From IMG/VR virus record IMGVR_UViG_3300045988_145635: 64,000 bases of DNA; one strand, 5' to 3'. Within the stretch, counting starts at the first letter, position 1. The number at the start of each line of letters is the position of its first letter. Below the pieces are notes generated by a model. That model saw nothing but the letters and a program-made list of their open reading frames with translations, was not told where the DNA came from and did no database searches. Made by a program: the position numbers and the translations under genes. Below, one piece after another: positions 36,656 through 45,770 of the stretch. Origin of the DNA: a virus. Its lineage: Duplodnaviria; Heunggongvirae; Uroviricota; Caudoviricetes.

Positions 36656-37306
36656 TTACGCTTTGAAAGCATCAGCTAGATAATTGTAGAAATCATTCTT
36701 GATAAAGCGATATTGCTGCGTACCAGCTTTCGCGCTCCCAGCTCCTTTGACTTTTTCAACAAGTCCAAGACGTTCGCAAAGATTGATCAACTGGTTGGCT
36801 TGAGTATAGCCAGCGTCCAATTTAATCTCGCACGCTTTTTTCGCTTCATTCATTAAATCGAAAACAGCGCCATTGGTGAACGTGTCGATCTCGTCGTTAA
36901 TCATATCGATTAAAGCGAATACACGAGATCCTGACATATCAGCGACGGAATAAACACATTTACCAGCTTTAATGGATTTAACCAGATAAACCAGTTTTTC
37001 CAGTGAATAACTATTAGTCATTGCATCACGGAAAAATACTTCTGGCGCTTGTTTACTTGCTTTGATCGCATAGTAGAAAACAGAGCATAATTTTTCGTCT
37101 TCTACTGCGTTTACGACGTTGTTGATGAAGTAAGCAAGTTTAGTGGTAGCAGCTTGCATATTTGCTTTGTCTGCTTTGGTGTGCGTACCATTTTTATAAT
37201 GTTCATTATATGTTTGAGTTGCCAGATCTGCTTTTTCGCGCAGCTCGTCGGATACAATGGATGCAGCTTCAATGATGGATTTTTTAGAAATGATAATGTT
37301 AGCCAT
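36656..37306 (-). CDS. hypothetical protein
   Basis: 216-aa ORF in the AT-rich minus-strand island. Confidence 0.5.
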   Translation of the reverse strand: MANIIISKKSIIEAASIVSDELREKADLATQTYNEHYKNGTHTKADKANMQAATTKLAYFINNVVNAVEDEKLCSVFYYAIKASKQAPEVFFRDAMTNSYSLEKLVYLVKSIKAGKCVYSVADMSGSRVFALIDMINDEIDTFTNGAVFDLMNEAKKACEIKLDAGYTQANQLINLCERLGLVEKVKGAGSAKAGTQQYRFIKNDFYNYLADAFKA

Positions 37307-37587
37307 GATTTCAATCCTTAGTATAAAATTTAATTGTCGTTAGCGATTTCGCTTTCGATGAGTCCAATTATCGATATGAGAAAAAAGATTGCAAGCGTTT
37401 TTTAATTTTTTTTTGCAGGGCGAAAGTCCTAGAAATAAATACGAGATCGTCGAAGGTGTTCCCTAAATAAATAATCGATTCCGGCTTTAGACCTTATATA
37501 TTTATACGGGGTAGAATTGAAAGAGTATAAAATGAATGGCGTGTAAAATAATAACCGGACTTAGCCGGTTATTACCCTTATAGGAAT

Positions 37588-37887
37588 TTACATCTTTTTT
37601 GCATAGTTCCTGATTTCTTTTATTATATATTCCTGAAAACGCTCCGAGTTTTCGCATTTGTCTTTTGAAGACTCATCAAGTCCCAACTTGCATCCCGCAA
37701 CGATCAGTCCATCTTGATATGCAGCGCCTAAAGCCATGCTTAGGTCTAACATGCACAAATCGTAGTCTTCCGCCTTTGAACACAACTCTGTAGAGACACG
37801 TTGCACTCGTTCAATGCTATTTTCTTGAGAAAATGCGGAAGAGCTAAAAATGAAAGTTAAGAATGTGAATGCTGCTACAGTTTTCAT
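37588..37887 (-). CDS. small secreted Cys-containing protein (paralogue A)
   Basis: N-terminal signal peptide MKTVAAFTFLTFIFSSSAFS; four cysteines with spacing similar to the paralogue at 37963-38259. Confidence 0.5.
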   Translation of the reverse strand: MKTVAAFTFLTFIFSSSAFSQENSIERVQRVSTELCSKAEDYDLCMLDLSMALGAAYQDGLIVAGCKLGLDESSKDKCENSERFQEYIIKEIRNYAKKM

Positions 37888-37903
37888 ATCAATATCCTAA
37901 AAC

Positions 37904-37955
37904 GGTAAAATTCGGTCAACCAAATCGAAGAAAACAAGAATTTTTCTGCCGTCTT
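37904..37955. repeat. 52-bp direct repeat, copy 1 (second copy at 38270-38321)
   Basis: GGTAAAATTCGGTCAACCAAATCGAAGAAAACAAGAATTTTTCTGCCGTCTT, about 94% identical to the copy that encodes the C-terminus of the 38263-38826 ORF. Confidence 0.8.
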
Positions 37956-37962
37956 CATACAT

Positions 37963-38259
37963 TTATCGGACTGACTCTACAGCCTTACGATTGGTGTCAA
38001 AAAGCGCATCAACGAACAGCAATGAAGAGTTGTTCAATTCACATGGTTCATAATTTTCCACCTGTTCACATAGTTGAGCGGTCTTACCTATGTTTATCCC
38101 TAGTTTTACTGCTGCTGAAAGTTGAAACATGCAAACTGGAATATTCTGAGACGTTGAGCATACGTCATGCATCAGCGACTTAATAATTGCAATATCATCC
38201 TTTGCATTGGCTGAAATTGAGTAAACTAAAAATAATGATGTCAATAGTATCGATTTCAT
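37963..38259 (-). CDS. small secreted Cys-containing protein (paralogue B)
   Basis: Signal peptide MKSILLTSLFLVYSISANA; four cysteines. Confidence 0.5.
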   Translation of the reverse strand: MKSILLTSLFLVYSISANAKDDIAIIKSLMHDVCSTSQNIPVCMFQLSAAVKLGINIGKTAQLCEQVENYEPCELNNSSLLFVDALFDTNRKAVESVR

Positions 38260-38262
38260 AAC

Positions 38263-38826
38263 TCAAAAAGGTAAAATTCGTTCAACCCAATCGAAGAAAA
38301 CAAGAATTTTTCTGCCGTCTTTCAACTTAAGTGTGACTAGGCAGGCATCAACGCCATCTGACGTTCCCTCAATTTCGCGGCCGTCTGCCATGTAGACCCT
38401 TATAGATTGGCCGTTTTGATAAGCCTTGCGACATATCTTAAAAAAATCACGACGTGATGGCTGGTTGTCTACATAGTCAGGGTGTATTGTTAGTCTCCCT
38501 TTGAAATCGTAATCAATGCCATCAATTACGCCTGATTCAATTGTGCTAATGCGCTCAAGTGGGAGCCTTATACGATTTTCTTTGTCAAATGGAGTTGGAC
38601 AAAGGTCAACTTTGTTACGAGATGACATGAGACCATAAACGTACATGCAAAACACTTGGCCGTCTTCGAGAGTGACTCTTACAGGAAATTTAGCCCTCCG
38701 CCAGAAGAGCAAGGTGCGTTCAGCATGTTCGTAGTCTCGCGGCCATACTTCAGCCGGTATGCCGTAGGTGATATCTTTCGTCGTCATATCATTATAAAGT
38801 GGTTGGCAATATGTCCATTGTACCAT
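38263..38826 (-). CDS. hypothetical protein
   Basis: 187-aa ORF; alternative start at ATG 38787 would avoid overlap with the lipoprotein gene; its last 19 codons lie in the 52-bp repeat. Confidence 0.45.
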   Translation of the reverse strand: MVQWTYCQPLYNDMTTKDITYGIPAEVWPRDYEHAERTLLFWRRAKFPVRVTLEDGQVFCMYVYGLMSSRNKVDLCPTPFDKENRIRLPLERISTIESGVIDGIDYDFKGRLTIHPDYVDNQPSRRDFFKICRKAYQNGQSIRVYMADGREIEGTSDGVDACLVTLKLKDGRKILVFFDWVERILPF

Positions 38827-39211
38827 CCCAGGTAGTGAAAACCCGATATGTTTTCGAATCGCCCTGCTTTAGCTTTATTTCTCGTTCCATCCTGGAGGGG
38901 TTAAATGCGCAAAGACCTGAACTTTCAATTGATGTCCCAACGATCCACTCTCCTTCGTTAAGGTAGAAAGTTGCTTTTTCACCAGGTTCTAGCTTTGCAG
39001 CCGTTTCTCCATTGATGAAAATGGAAGCGTTACATGCAGAACCAACCAGCCCTTTGTCTCGAACTATTGTTAGACTAGACTCATGTGGTGTTTGATATTT
39101 AAATATTCTGCTTTGAGGTGCATCCTTTGCCTTTGAAATAGATATAGACGAAGACGAACACCCAATTAGTGACGTGGTTAGCATTAGAATCATTAAGTTT
39201 TTTGCTTTCAT
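38792..39211 (-). CDS. putative lipoprotein
   Basis: MKAKNLMILMLTTSLIGCSSSS: signal peptide with LIGC lipobox; 139 aa. Confidence 0.6.
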   Translation of the reverse strand: MKAKNLMILMLTTSLIGCSSSSISISKAKDAPQSRIFKYQTPHESSLTIVRDKGLVGSACNASIFINGETAAKLEPGEKATFYLNEGEWIVGTSIESSGLCAFNPSRMEREIKLKQGDSKTYRVFTTWDGTMDILPTTL

Positions 39212-39238
39212 ATTTGATTGACTATGATTAGTGAGTGG

Positions 39239-39787
39239 CTACATGCTATTCTGAGTTCTGTTGTAAATATCTTTTAAGAGGTCATCTCTTTTTATGTTTT
39301 TACAGACTTTGTCGAAACTTAATTCACCTGATGATATGCAGTTGTTGTATTTTTCGATAAAATTTTTTAATGCCAGATGATTTTTGAAAAGAAAAGAAAA
39401 ACCATAGGGTGACGTGCTATCTCTTATCCATTTCCGAGCACTGGGATAAGTGTATAAATTTGAATGCAACTCCAATTTTCCAGGGGCCACGCCATCACAG
39501 GAGTCCATAATAGCGAACATTTTTGATATATCAAAAGGATAAAAGACTACTCCGCAATTTGTCCTGGTGCCTTCAATATCTTTCACGTATATATAGTGTT
39601 CATAACGATCTTTACGTGAAGTCTTTAACCTGTATTGTATTAGTTTGTGCTCTTCTTTTTGAGAAGAAGTTAGGTGTCTAGGGTTTTCTAAGCAAGATTT
39701 CTGTTTATTTTTTTTATGATAAAAATCCACACAGTCCTTTATTTCCTTTGCACTTAAAAATCTCTTATCAAAAGGTAAGTGACCCAT
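39239..39787 (-). CDS. hypothetical protein
   Basis: GGAGG site 5 nt before the ATG; 182 aa; AT-rich codon usage. Confidence 0.5.
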   Translation of the reverse strand: MGHLPFDKRFLSAKEIKDCVDFYHKKNKQKSCLENPRHLTSSQKEEHKLIQYRLKTSRKDRYEHYIYVKDIEGTRTNCGVVFYPFDISKMFAIMDSCDGVAPGKLELHSNLYTYPSARKWIRDSTSPYGFSFLFKNHLALKNFIEKYNNCISSGELSFDKVCKNIKRDDLLKDIYNRTQNSM

Positions 39788-39927
39788 TCATGCCTCCGGT
39801 TCTAAACATAGGTAAGCCTACAAATATCGTTCAGCCAATCAAGATCTTTTTTCAGCCGGAGGTATATGTTTCAAAAAACGTGACGAATGTCACATGCAGG
39901 TGCTCTCATACACCTGCATGTAGACTA

Positions 39928-40494
39928 TTAATCATTCAATAATCTATATTTTCTTTTGATTAAATCTTCACCTTTTTTGGTGAACACAAAACCAAATTGC
40001 GATTTTTTGTTCAGCCTAAGGACTCTGTTATCCAACGCATCGGTTGATGGAATCAATGTTTGATCATCTATCCAATTTAGTAGCGTAAGAAAGTTCAGCA
40101 GCCTCAACGTTGTTGTGCGAAGCTCTTTCGATATATTTTCAATGCTGGCAATTCGTCTTTCTTTTTTCTCAGGTGGTACAGATAATTGTTCTTGAGGTTT
40201 CGTGGATAGATAATCAATTTCGTTTGCAGCATCGAATGATATATGTGGCGTAATTTTGCTAAAAAAGCCTTTCGCTGACTCACTTGATAATAAACCAGAC
40301 CTATTCATATCGTTTGTTATTCTGTACAGGAGTGGACTGTGTTTCATTTCAGGATAACGTTGATAAAAGTTAAGCAATTCAAAAGCAGCATTAGCGCCAA
40401 CAAGAAAATCAGAAGGATCGCTGACTTTCCAGAAAGAATGATTTTTCTTAGCGCCAGTGGTGTCAACAAATGATAATTCTTTTAACCAACTCAT
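39928..40494 (-). CDS. hypothetical protein
   Basis: ORF-track start 40527 trimmed to ATG 40494, which follows an AAGGAG site at 6-nt spacing. Confidence 0.5.
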   Translation of the reverse strand: MSWLKELSFVDTTGAKKNHSFWKVSDPSDFLVGANAAFELLNFYQRYPEMKHSPLLYRITNDMNRSGLLSSESAKGFFSKITPHISFDAANEIDYLSTKPQEQLSVPPEKKERRIASIENISKELRTTTLRLLNFLTLLNWIDDQTLIPSTDALDNRVLRLNKKSQFGFVFTKKGEDLIKRKYRLLND

Positions 40495-40559
40495 GATGTG
40501 CTCCTTTCTAACAAGTGAGCACATCATAGAATTAGTAGATAGGGGGTAAATATGAAATG

Positions 40560-40838
40560 TTACGGCAACCTGCTCAGTATTTCCTCTAAATCTTTTTTTG
40601 TCATATTGGAGTTTTCATAGATGCGCATGATTTTCTCACGCGTCTTAGCGGAAACCCCAACAGCAGATGTGACTTTGTCAAATTCAGCCATAGTCATCGT
40701 CTCCAGAATGGCATTGATAACTTCAGCCTTAGACATCTTAATTTTTTTCTCTTTGAGTTTTATTTGAAATTTTCCAAGTTTTTCATTGGCCTTATCAGAC
40801 AATGCCACTTGGCAATAAGTTGTTTTTTTTTCGCTCAT
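40560..40838 (-). CDS. hypothetical small protein
   Basis: 92-aa Lys-rich ORF immediately downstream of the helicase gene. Confidence 0.45.
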   Translation of the reverse strand: MSEKKTTYCQVALSDKANEKLGKFQIKLKEKKIKMSKAEVINAILETMTMAEFDKVTSAVGVSAKTREKIMRIYENSNMTKKDLEEILSRLP

Positions 40839-40840
40839 AA

Positions 40841-42400
40841 CTAATCTCGTTTCAGAATTCCAAAATCGAATGCGCCATCAATAGGCAATACACCTTCCGC
40901 AAAGCCAGGTGTGGTGTCGATGATGTGTTTTCGCTCATAAGAGTGAGACAACAGGTATTTGTTGCTAGTGTCAATGAAATCAGTGATAAAACACACGTTT
41001 GCCTGATTCTTCTTGGCTCGTAAGCCACGACCGACACGCTGTCTCATTTCAACTTCTGCTTTCCCACCACCAGCAAGAATGACCGCACCAACGCTTGGCA
41101 CATCAACACCAACATCCAGAATAGTCGAGCCTATTAAAACATCTATTTCACCAGACGCTAAACTGTTCAGCTTTGCTTGCCTTGTCGACTGGTTCGATTC
41201 CCCATAAATGAAGTCAACTCTAAGGCCGGACTCTTTCATCATTTCCATCAGGATTTGCCCGTGGCGTTTAAGACGAACCAGAGTCATACAATTGAGAGAA
41301 TGTTGCTTATAGAGCAATGCTTCGCGAACAATGGCCTCATTACGTCCCAAATTATACACGATCCCCAACTGATAAGCCTTTTGGTAGGCAGTGCTCATAC
41401 CTACTCTAAAATTGAGGTGTTTGTTGGCAAGTTCTGCCTTGATTCTGGCCTCGTCCGGCTTGTAGGCAACTTTATGATAAAGGAAGTATGGTTTTGCCAG
41501 AATGCCTCGATCAATCAGGTACTTTTCTGTGACTTTAATTTCAATTCGCCCGGCCACAGCCATCAGACGCATGTTGGCTTCTGTAGAATCCTTCATGAAC
41601 GGCGTGGCCGTAAGCGCCAGACGATAGTCTGCGTTCACACATAATCTGGCAATGTCATAGAAATTAGAGCCTGAAGACTCATGCGCTTCTTCCAGAATAA
41701 GCAGAGACACACTTGAAAGGAAGCGTTTCACTAGCTCCCGACGTTTGAGGTGGTAGCTCTTTTTATCTGGTGTTGCATCGCGTGGTGGTTCTTCAAGGAA
41801 ACTTGCCAGAGTTTGAACTGTAGCGACGTTGATATGTCGTGATACCTGGAACTCACCCGAGCCAATGACTCCAACCTTTTGGCCCTTTAACCACGGTTCG
41901 CCATTTTCGGCGCGGTAGTCGATGGATCTCTGGAAGTTTTCGGCCATTTGAAACATCAGAACAGAGCGGGTTGTTAAAAATAATGTCATTCGACCGATAC
42001 GTGCAGCTGCTTTGCAGGCAACATTAGATTTCCCGCCACCAGTAGCGATCTGCGCAATCATCATTCCCTCTCGAACCAGTGTTTCCACAGTCTGATCCTG
42101 ATACGCATAATCAGGATTGTATGGGAATGGGTTAACCGCCGGATTTGGTTTTCCAAGCGCCGGGGCTTTGTCTTTGCGGATATGAACACATTTGATGCCC
42201 GCCTTGTTCAAGTTCGCCGCTACAGGCTTGGCAAAGCCAGCAGGGAACGAGTTTTTACTCCAGTTGAACATCGTGCTTGTGCCCTTCCAGTCGCCAGTCT
42301 CGACTTCGTAGCTCAACATCTGTTGCACCAGTTGCTTTACCTTGTCATCTGCGCCAGAAATAAGCGCATTAACTGCGTTAGATACAATCCGAACAGTCAT
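40841..42400 (-). CDS. superfamily 2 helicase
   Basis: Motif I ATGGGKS, motif II LILEEAH (DEAH-type), motif III LTATP, motif VI QRVGRGLR; AAGAGG ribosome-binding site. Confidence 0.8.
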   Translation of the reverse strand: MTVRIVSNAVNALISGADDKVKQLVQQMLSYEVETGDWKGTSTMFNWSKNSFPAGFAKPVAANLNKAGIKCVHIRKDKAPALGKPNPAVNPFPYNPDYAYQDQTVETLVREGMMIAQIATGGGKSNVACKAAARIGRMTLFLTTRSVLMFQMAENFQRSIDYRAENGEPWLKGQKVGVIGSGEFQVSRHINVATVQTLASFLEEPPRDATPDKKSYHLKRRELVKRFLSSVSLLILEEAHESSGSNFYDIARLCVNADYRLALTATPFMKDSTEANMRLMAVAGRIEIKVTEKYLIDRGILAKPYFLYHKVAYKPDEARIKAELANKHLNFRVGMSTAYQKAYQLGIVYNLGRNEAIVREALLYKQHSLNCMTLVRLKRHGQILMEMMKESGLRVDFIYGESNQSTRQAKLNSLASGEIDVLIGSTILDVGVDVPSVGAVILAGGGKAEVEMRQRVGRGLRAKKNQANVCFITDFIDTSNKYLLSHSYERKHIIDTTPGFAEGVLPIDGAFDFGILKRD

Positions 42401-42445
42401 AAACCTCTTTCCTTAGTGCCTTTTGTATGTTATTTGGCTATTATA

Positions 42446-42466
42446 ATAAGTAAGTGATTACTTAGT
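42446..42466. promoter_or_regulatory. class B palindrome (AATAAGTAAGTGATTACTTAG) in a divergent promoter region
   Basis: Sits in the 65-bp gap between the divergently transcribed helicase and ParB-like genes. Confidence 0.45.
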
Positions 42467-42482
42467 GGATTGTAGCAATAAA

Positions 42483-43163
42483 ATGGATGTAAAAATCACG
42501 ATTTTGCAGGTTGATGTTGCCAACCTTCGCCCGAATACCTGGAACACCAATTCGGTTGGTGCGCAGAATTTTGAAAAACTGAAAGGTTCTATCGAAAAAT
42601 TGGGCTTTTTTAAGCCAATTTTGGCTCGTGAACTTGAAGATGGATTTTTTGAAATCCTCGGCGGCGAACATCGCTGGCGTGCCGCTATTGAGCAAGGAAT
42701 TTCAACGGTTCCAGTGCTTTCTGTGGGCAAAATTAGCGATGTCGTAGCTAAACAGATGTCACTGGTGGACAACGAGCGATACGGTGAAGACGACCAAATC
42801 GCATTGCAACGCTTCATTGAAGAAATTCAGTCAGAACTTGACTATCAACTGTCTGAAATCGCCCCGTATGACGACGAAATCTCGATGGTTTTAGCAAAAG
42901 AGGCGGCAATCGACCTTGAAGCACTGGAGGCGTTGTCTCGTGGTAGTGATGGGCCTGTCGATACCGACAAACGAGAGAAAACCGAACGTGTGGGGGCGGA
43001 ACATCAGACCATGCGCTTCAAAGTAACTTTCGATGCGTCAGATCGTGTTGCAGAAACCATAAAAAACATCATCAAAGAGCAGGCTATTAACACCGGTAAT
43101 GAAATGGAGAACGCTGGTGAGGCTCTGGTGTGGCTGGTCGACTACTACAAGGAGCGTATGTAA
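42483..43163 (+). CDS. ParB-like nuclease domain protein
   Basis: ILGGEHRWRAA motif of the ParB/sulfiredoxin fold; ORF-track start 42465 is GTG, ATG 42483 preferred. Confidence 0.65.
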   Translation: MDVKITILQVDVANLRPNTWNTNSVGAQNFEKLKGSIEKLGFFKPILARELEDGFFEILGGEHRWRAAIEQGISTVPVLSVGKISDVVAKQMSLVDNERYGEDDQIALQRFIEEIQSELDYQLSEIAPYDDEISMVLAKEAAIDLEALEALSRGSDGPVDTDKREKTERVGAEHQTMRFKVTFDASDRVAETIKNIIKEQAINTGNEMENAGEALVWLVDYYKERM

Positions 43164-43831
43164 TGACCAAAAAGTTTGAAATCGTATATCGCGACCCGGC
43201 AGATCTTATTCCCTATGAGATGAATGCCAAAAAGCATGATGAACAGCAGATCCGAGATCTGGCCGCAGCCATTAAAAAGCGCGGATTTGACCAGCCAATT
43301 ACGGTCGATAAGAACGACGTAATTATTACTGGCCACGGCCGCCGTGAGGCTGCAATTTTTGCTGGACTTGAGCGCGTGCCGGTTATTGTTCGCGATGATC
43401 TGAGTGATGACGAGGTACGTGCAAAGCGCCTTGAAGATAACCGACTTGCCAGCATTGATTACGATGCAATTAAGCTACAGAAAGAGCTTGAGTCGCTTGT
43501 TCTGGACGATATCGAGGTTTTCGGCTTCGAAGAGCGTGAGTTGAATGTTCTCGTTGGCAGTATGACAGAAGAAATGGACACCGACTCGCTAGTTATCGAT
43601 CTTGGCGAAGAAACTAAACGACAGAAGGATGAACACACCGAGATCAGTCGTGAAGTTGCAGCGGAAGAAGTACGTGTTGTCGACGTATTGGGCTTTAAAA
43701 CGCTCCCTGCTGGCTCTGCCATTGTTGTTGGTGATTTGCTTGCCCATATGGAAGAAATGACGGGAGAAAGCGGGGTAGACGCATTTGTGGCATATGCGGA
43801 GAAGATCTCTTCCGGGGAGATGGCTGCATGA
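43163..43831 (+). CDS. ParB-like nuclease domain protein (second copy)
   Basis: ITGHGRREAA motif; start set to the ATG overlapping the upstream stop (TAATG). Confidence 0.65.
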   Translation: MTKKFEIVYRDPADLIPYEMNAKKHDEQQIRDLAAAIKKRGFDQPITVDKNDVIITGHGRREAAIFAGLERVPVIVRDDLSDDEVRAKRLEDNRLASIDYDAIKLQKELESLVLDDIEVFGFEERELNVLVGSMTEEMDTDSLVIDLGEETKRQKDEHTEISREVAAEEVRVVDVLGFKTLPAGSAIVVGDLLAHMEEMTGESGVDAFVAYAEKISSGEMAA

Positions 43832-44493
43832 GCAAATACATCATCAACGTATCGTTTCAGACACGCGTAAATAAAACCACGCGCACGTTGGAAATCGCTG
43901 AGTCGTTCGGGCTTGGCCTGGACGAAAAAGAGTGGACGCTTTACGACAATCTGGAGCTGGAAGTGAAGCAGGGCGATGTGGTGTACATCACCGGCCAATC
44001 CGGTTCCGGCAAATCCGTTGTGCTGCGCGAGTTGCAACGACAGATGAAGGATGAAGGGCTGTCTGTAGCCTCCATCGATGATTTTACCTTCGATAATGAG
44101 GTTAACGTCATCGATCAGTTGGGCAAAACGACCAGCGATGCGCTTGGGTTGTTATCTATGGCTGGTCTGAACGATGCATATCTGTTTGTTCGCAAGCCTT
44201 CTGAAATGTCAGACGGCCAGAAATATCGTCTCAAGATTGCCAAACTGATTGAGTCAGGCGCTAAAGTGTGGGCTGCTGACGAGTTCGGCGCTGTTCTCGA
44301 CCGTGTAACCGCTCAGGTTGTGGCGTCTAACCTCCAGCGTGCCGCTCGAAAGGTTGGTGCGACGGTAATGGTGGCGACGACTCACGAAGACCTGAAGAAC
44401 GCGCTGCGCCCGGATATGCAGATCACCAAGCACTACAAAGAACGCGTGAAGGTGGAATATCACAATGGTAGTCATGATGAGGTTCATTTATGA
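43828..44493 (+). CDS. ABC-type ATPase-like protein (nucleotide-binding domain only)
   Basis: Walker A GQSGSGKS, signature-like SDGQKYRL, Walker B VWAADEFG, H-loop ATTHE; no transmembrane domain. Confidence 0.6.
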   Translation: MSKYIINVSFQTRVNKTTRTLEIAESFGLGLDEKEWTLYDNLELEVKQGDVVYITGQSGSGKSVVLRELQRQMKDEGLSVASIDDFTFDNEVNVIDQLGKTTSDALGLLSMAGLNDAYLFVRKPSEMSDGQKYRLKIAKLIESGAKVWAADEFGAVLDRVTAQVVASNLQRAARKVGATVMVATTHEDLKNALRPDMQITKHYKERVKVEYHNGSHDEVHL

Positions 44494-45380
44494 CGGACAT
44501 CATCATTAAACGCTACCGCCCTGAAGAGTTTCCGCGTCATCTGGATTTTCTGGAGCGAATGACTGTCACAAAGGGAACTGTAGAGGACTGGCACGCTCTT
44601 AAGTCGCTTCACTACAAAACAGACGGCAAACCTTTCGCGCCAACTTACTATCGCTGCGAACTTGATGACCGTCTGGTGGGCGTCGTGGTTATGGCTTACC
44701 CGAAACTACTGTTGGCACCTCGCCACCGCATGTTTCCTAAGTTGAAACCAACCACTAATACCACCGTGGCTAACCAGTACTGGGGTCGGTACGTGAATAA
44801 CAACTTTGCGGTGATCAGTCGCTCAGTTGTGGATACTCAGTATCGTGGCGTAGGCGTCTCTTATCGAATGATTAACCTGGTTAGCAGGATGCATGACCGG
44901 CCAATCATTGAGATCCAGTCCTCGATGAGCAAATACAATCCCTTCGCCATGAAAGCAGGGTTTAAGTTCATCCGCCCTGAGCGACCGAAGAGCTATGAAA
45001 GTGCACTGCGTGTATTCCAGCGCCATTTCCGTTCCGACCCGGGTGATAACGAGGCGATCGTCAAAGAGTTGTTCGCAATGAGCGAGTCTCGTCGTCGCCG
45101 TGCACTGCGTGATCTGGTGGCGGACTACCACAAGAACAGTTCCCTGGCAAAAGCTGGGCGGAATCGTGGCACGACGATTCAGGACATTGCCGACAGTCTG
45201 GTGGACGAGGCCAGCATTGTGAAGCTGCTCAAGGACATTCACAACCTGAGCTTTACGTCTCCGTTGTATGGTGTGTACCGAAACCCTGACTTTGGTCGTC
45301 GACTGCCTGACACGCTGCCACTGCTGGCATTCGACAAACAACCTTTGGATAAACCGTTAGAAATTGCTTTACCGGCATAA
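44490..45380 (+). CDS. hypothetical protein (possible GNAT-like fold)
   Basis: 296-aa ORF; QYRGVGVSYRMI segment resembles GNAT motif A; tentative. Confidence 0.4.
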   Translation: MTDIIIKRYRPEEFPRHLDFLERMTVTKGTVEDWHALKSLHYKTDGKPFAPTYYRCELDDRLVGVVVMAYPKLLLAPRHRMFPKLKPTTNTTVANQYWGRYVNNNFAVISRSVVDTQYRGVGVSYRMINLVSRMHDRPIIEIQSSMSKYNPFAMKAGFKFIRPERPKSYESALRVFQRHFRSDPGDNEAIVKELFAMSESRRRRALRDLVADYHKNSSLAKAGRNRGTTIQDIADSLVDEASIVKLLKDIHNLSFTSPLYGVYRNPDFGRRLPDTLPLLAFDKQPLDKPLEIALPA

Positions 45381-45389
45381 GGATTTGCC

Positions 45390-45656
45390 ATGACGTTAAC
45401 CGATAAACAAAAGGACATCATCAAAACGCTCAATCTCGGTTATGAGCGAGGTCATTTACTTGATCTGGACGAATTGCTTGAAGTTTTGCCGTACAAGACA
45501 ACCAAGCAAAGTATCCAGTTCTCAATTCGCGCTCTGATAAAAAAGGGGCTGGTGGAGAAAGGGCATACGCGCCAACGCAGTGACAATCGCTATCACCGCC
45601 GGACTCTTGGGTTAACCACTTTAGGTCGAGCCAAAGCGAAGTTACTGGTGATGTAA
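45390..45656 (+). CDS. small putative DNA-binding protein
   Basis: 88-aa basic protein with helix-turn-helix-like segment. Confidence 0.4.
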   Translation: MTLTDKQKDIIKTLNLGYERGHLLDLDELLEVLPYKTTKQSIQFSIRALIKKGLVEKGHTRQRSDNRYHRRTLGLTTLGRAKAKLLVM

Positions 45657-45680
45657 TCGGTCTGGGAGCTTATTTAAAGA

Positions 45681-45736
45681 CCTGCTTCTGTATATATAAA
45701 TAATAAGTAACTTATTAAATATATACGGAAGCAGGC
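45681..45736. repeat. long AT-loop hairpin element, copy 2
   Basis: CCTGCTTCTGTATATATAAATA ... ATATATACGGAAGCAGG, near-identical arms to 14325-14381. Confidence 0.7.
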
Positions 45737-45770
45737 TTAGTAAGACATGCCCAGACCTAATTAAACACCC

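Noticed and set aside
43459-44037. 192-aa minus-strand ORF
   Set aside because: Antisense to two well-supported + strand genes (ParB-like and ABC-ATPase-like); Ser-rich low-complexity translation.
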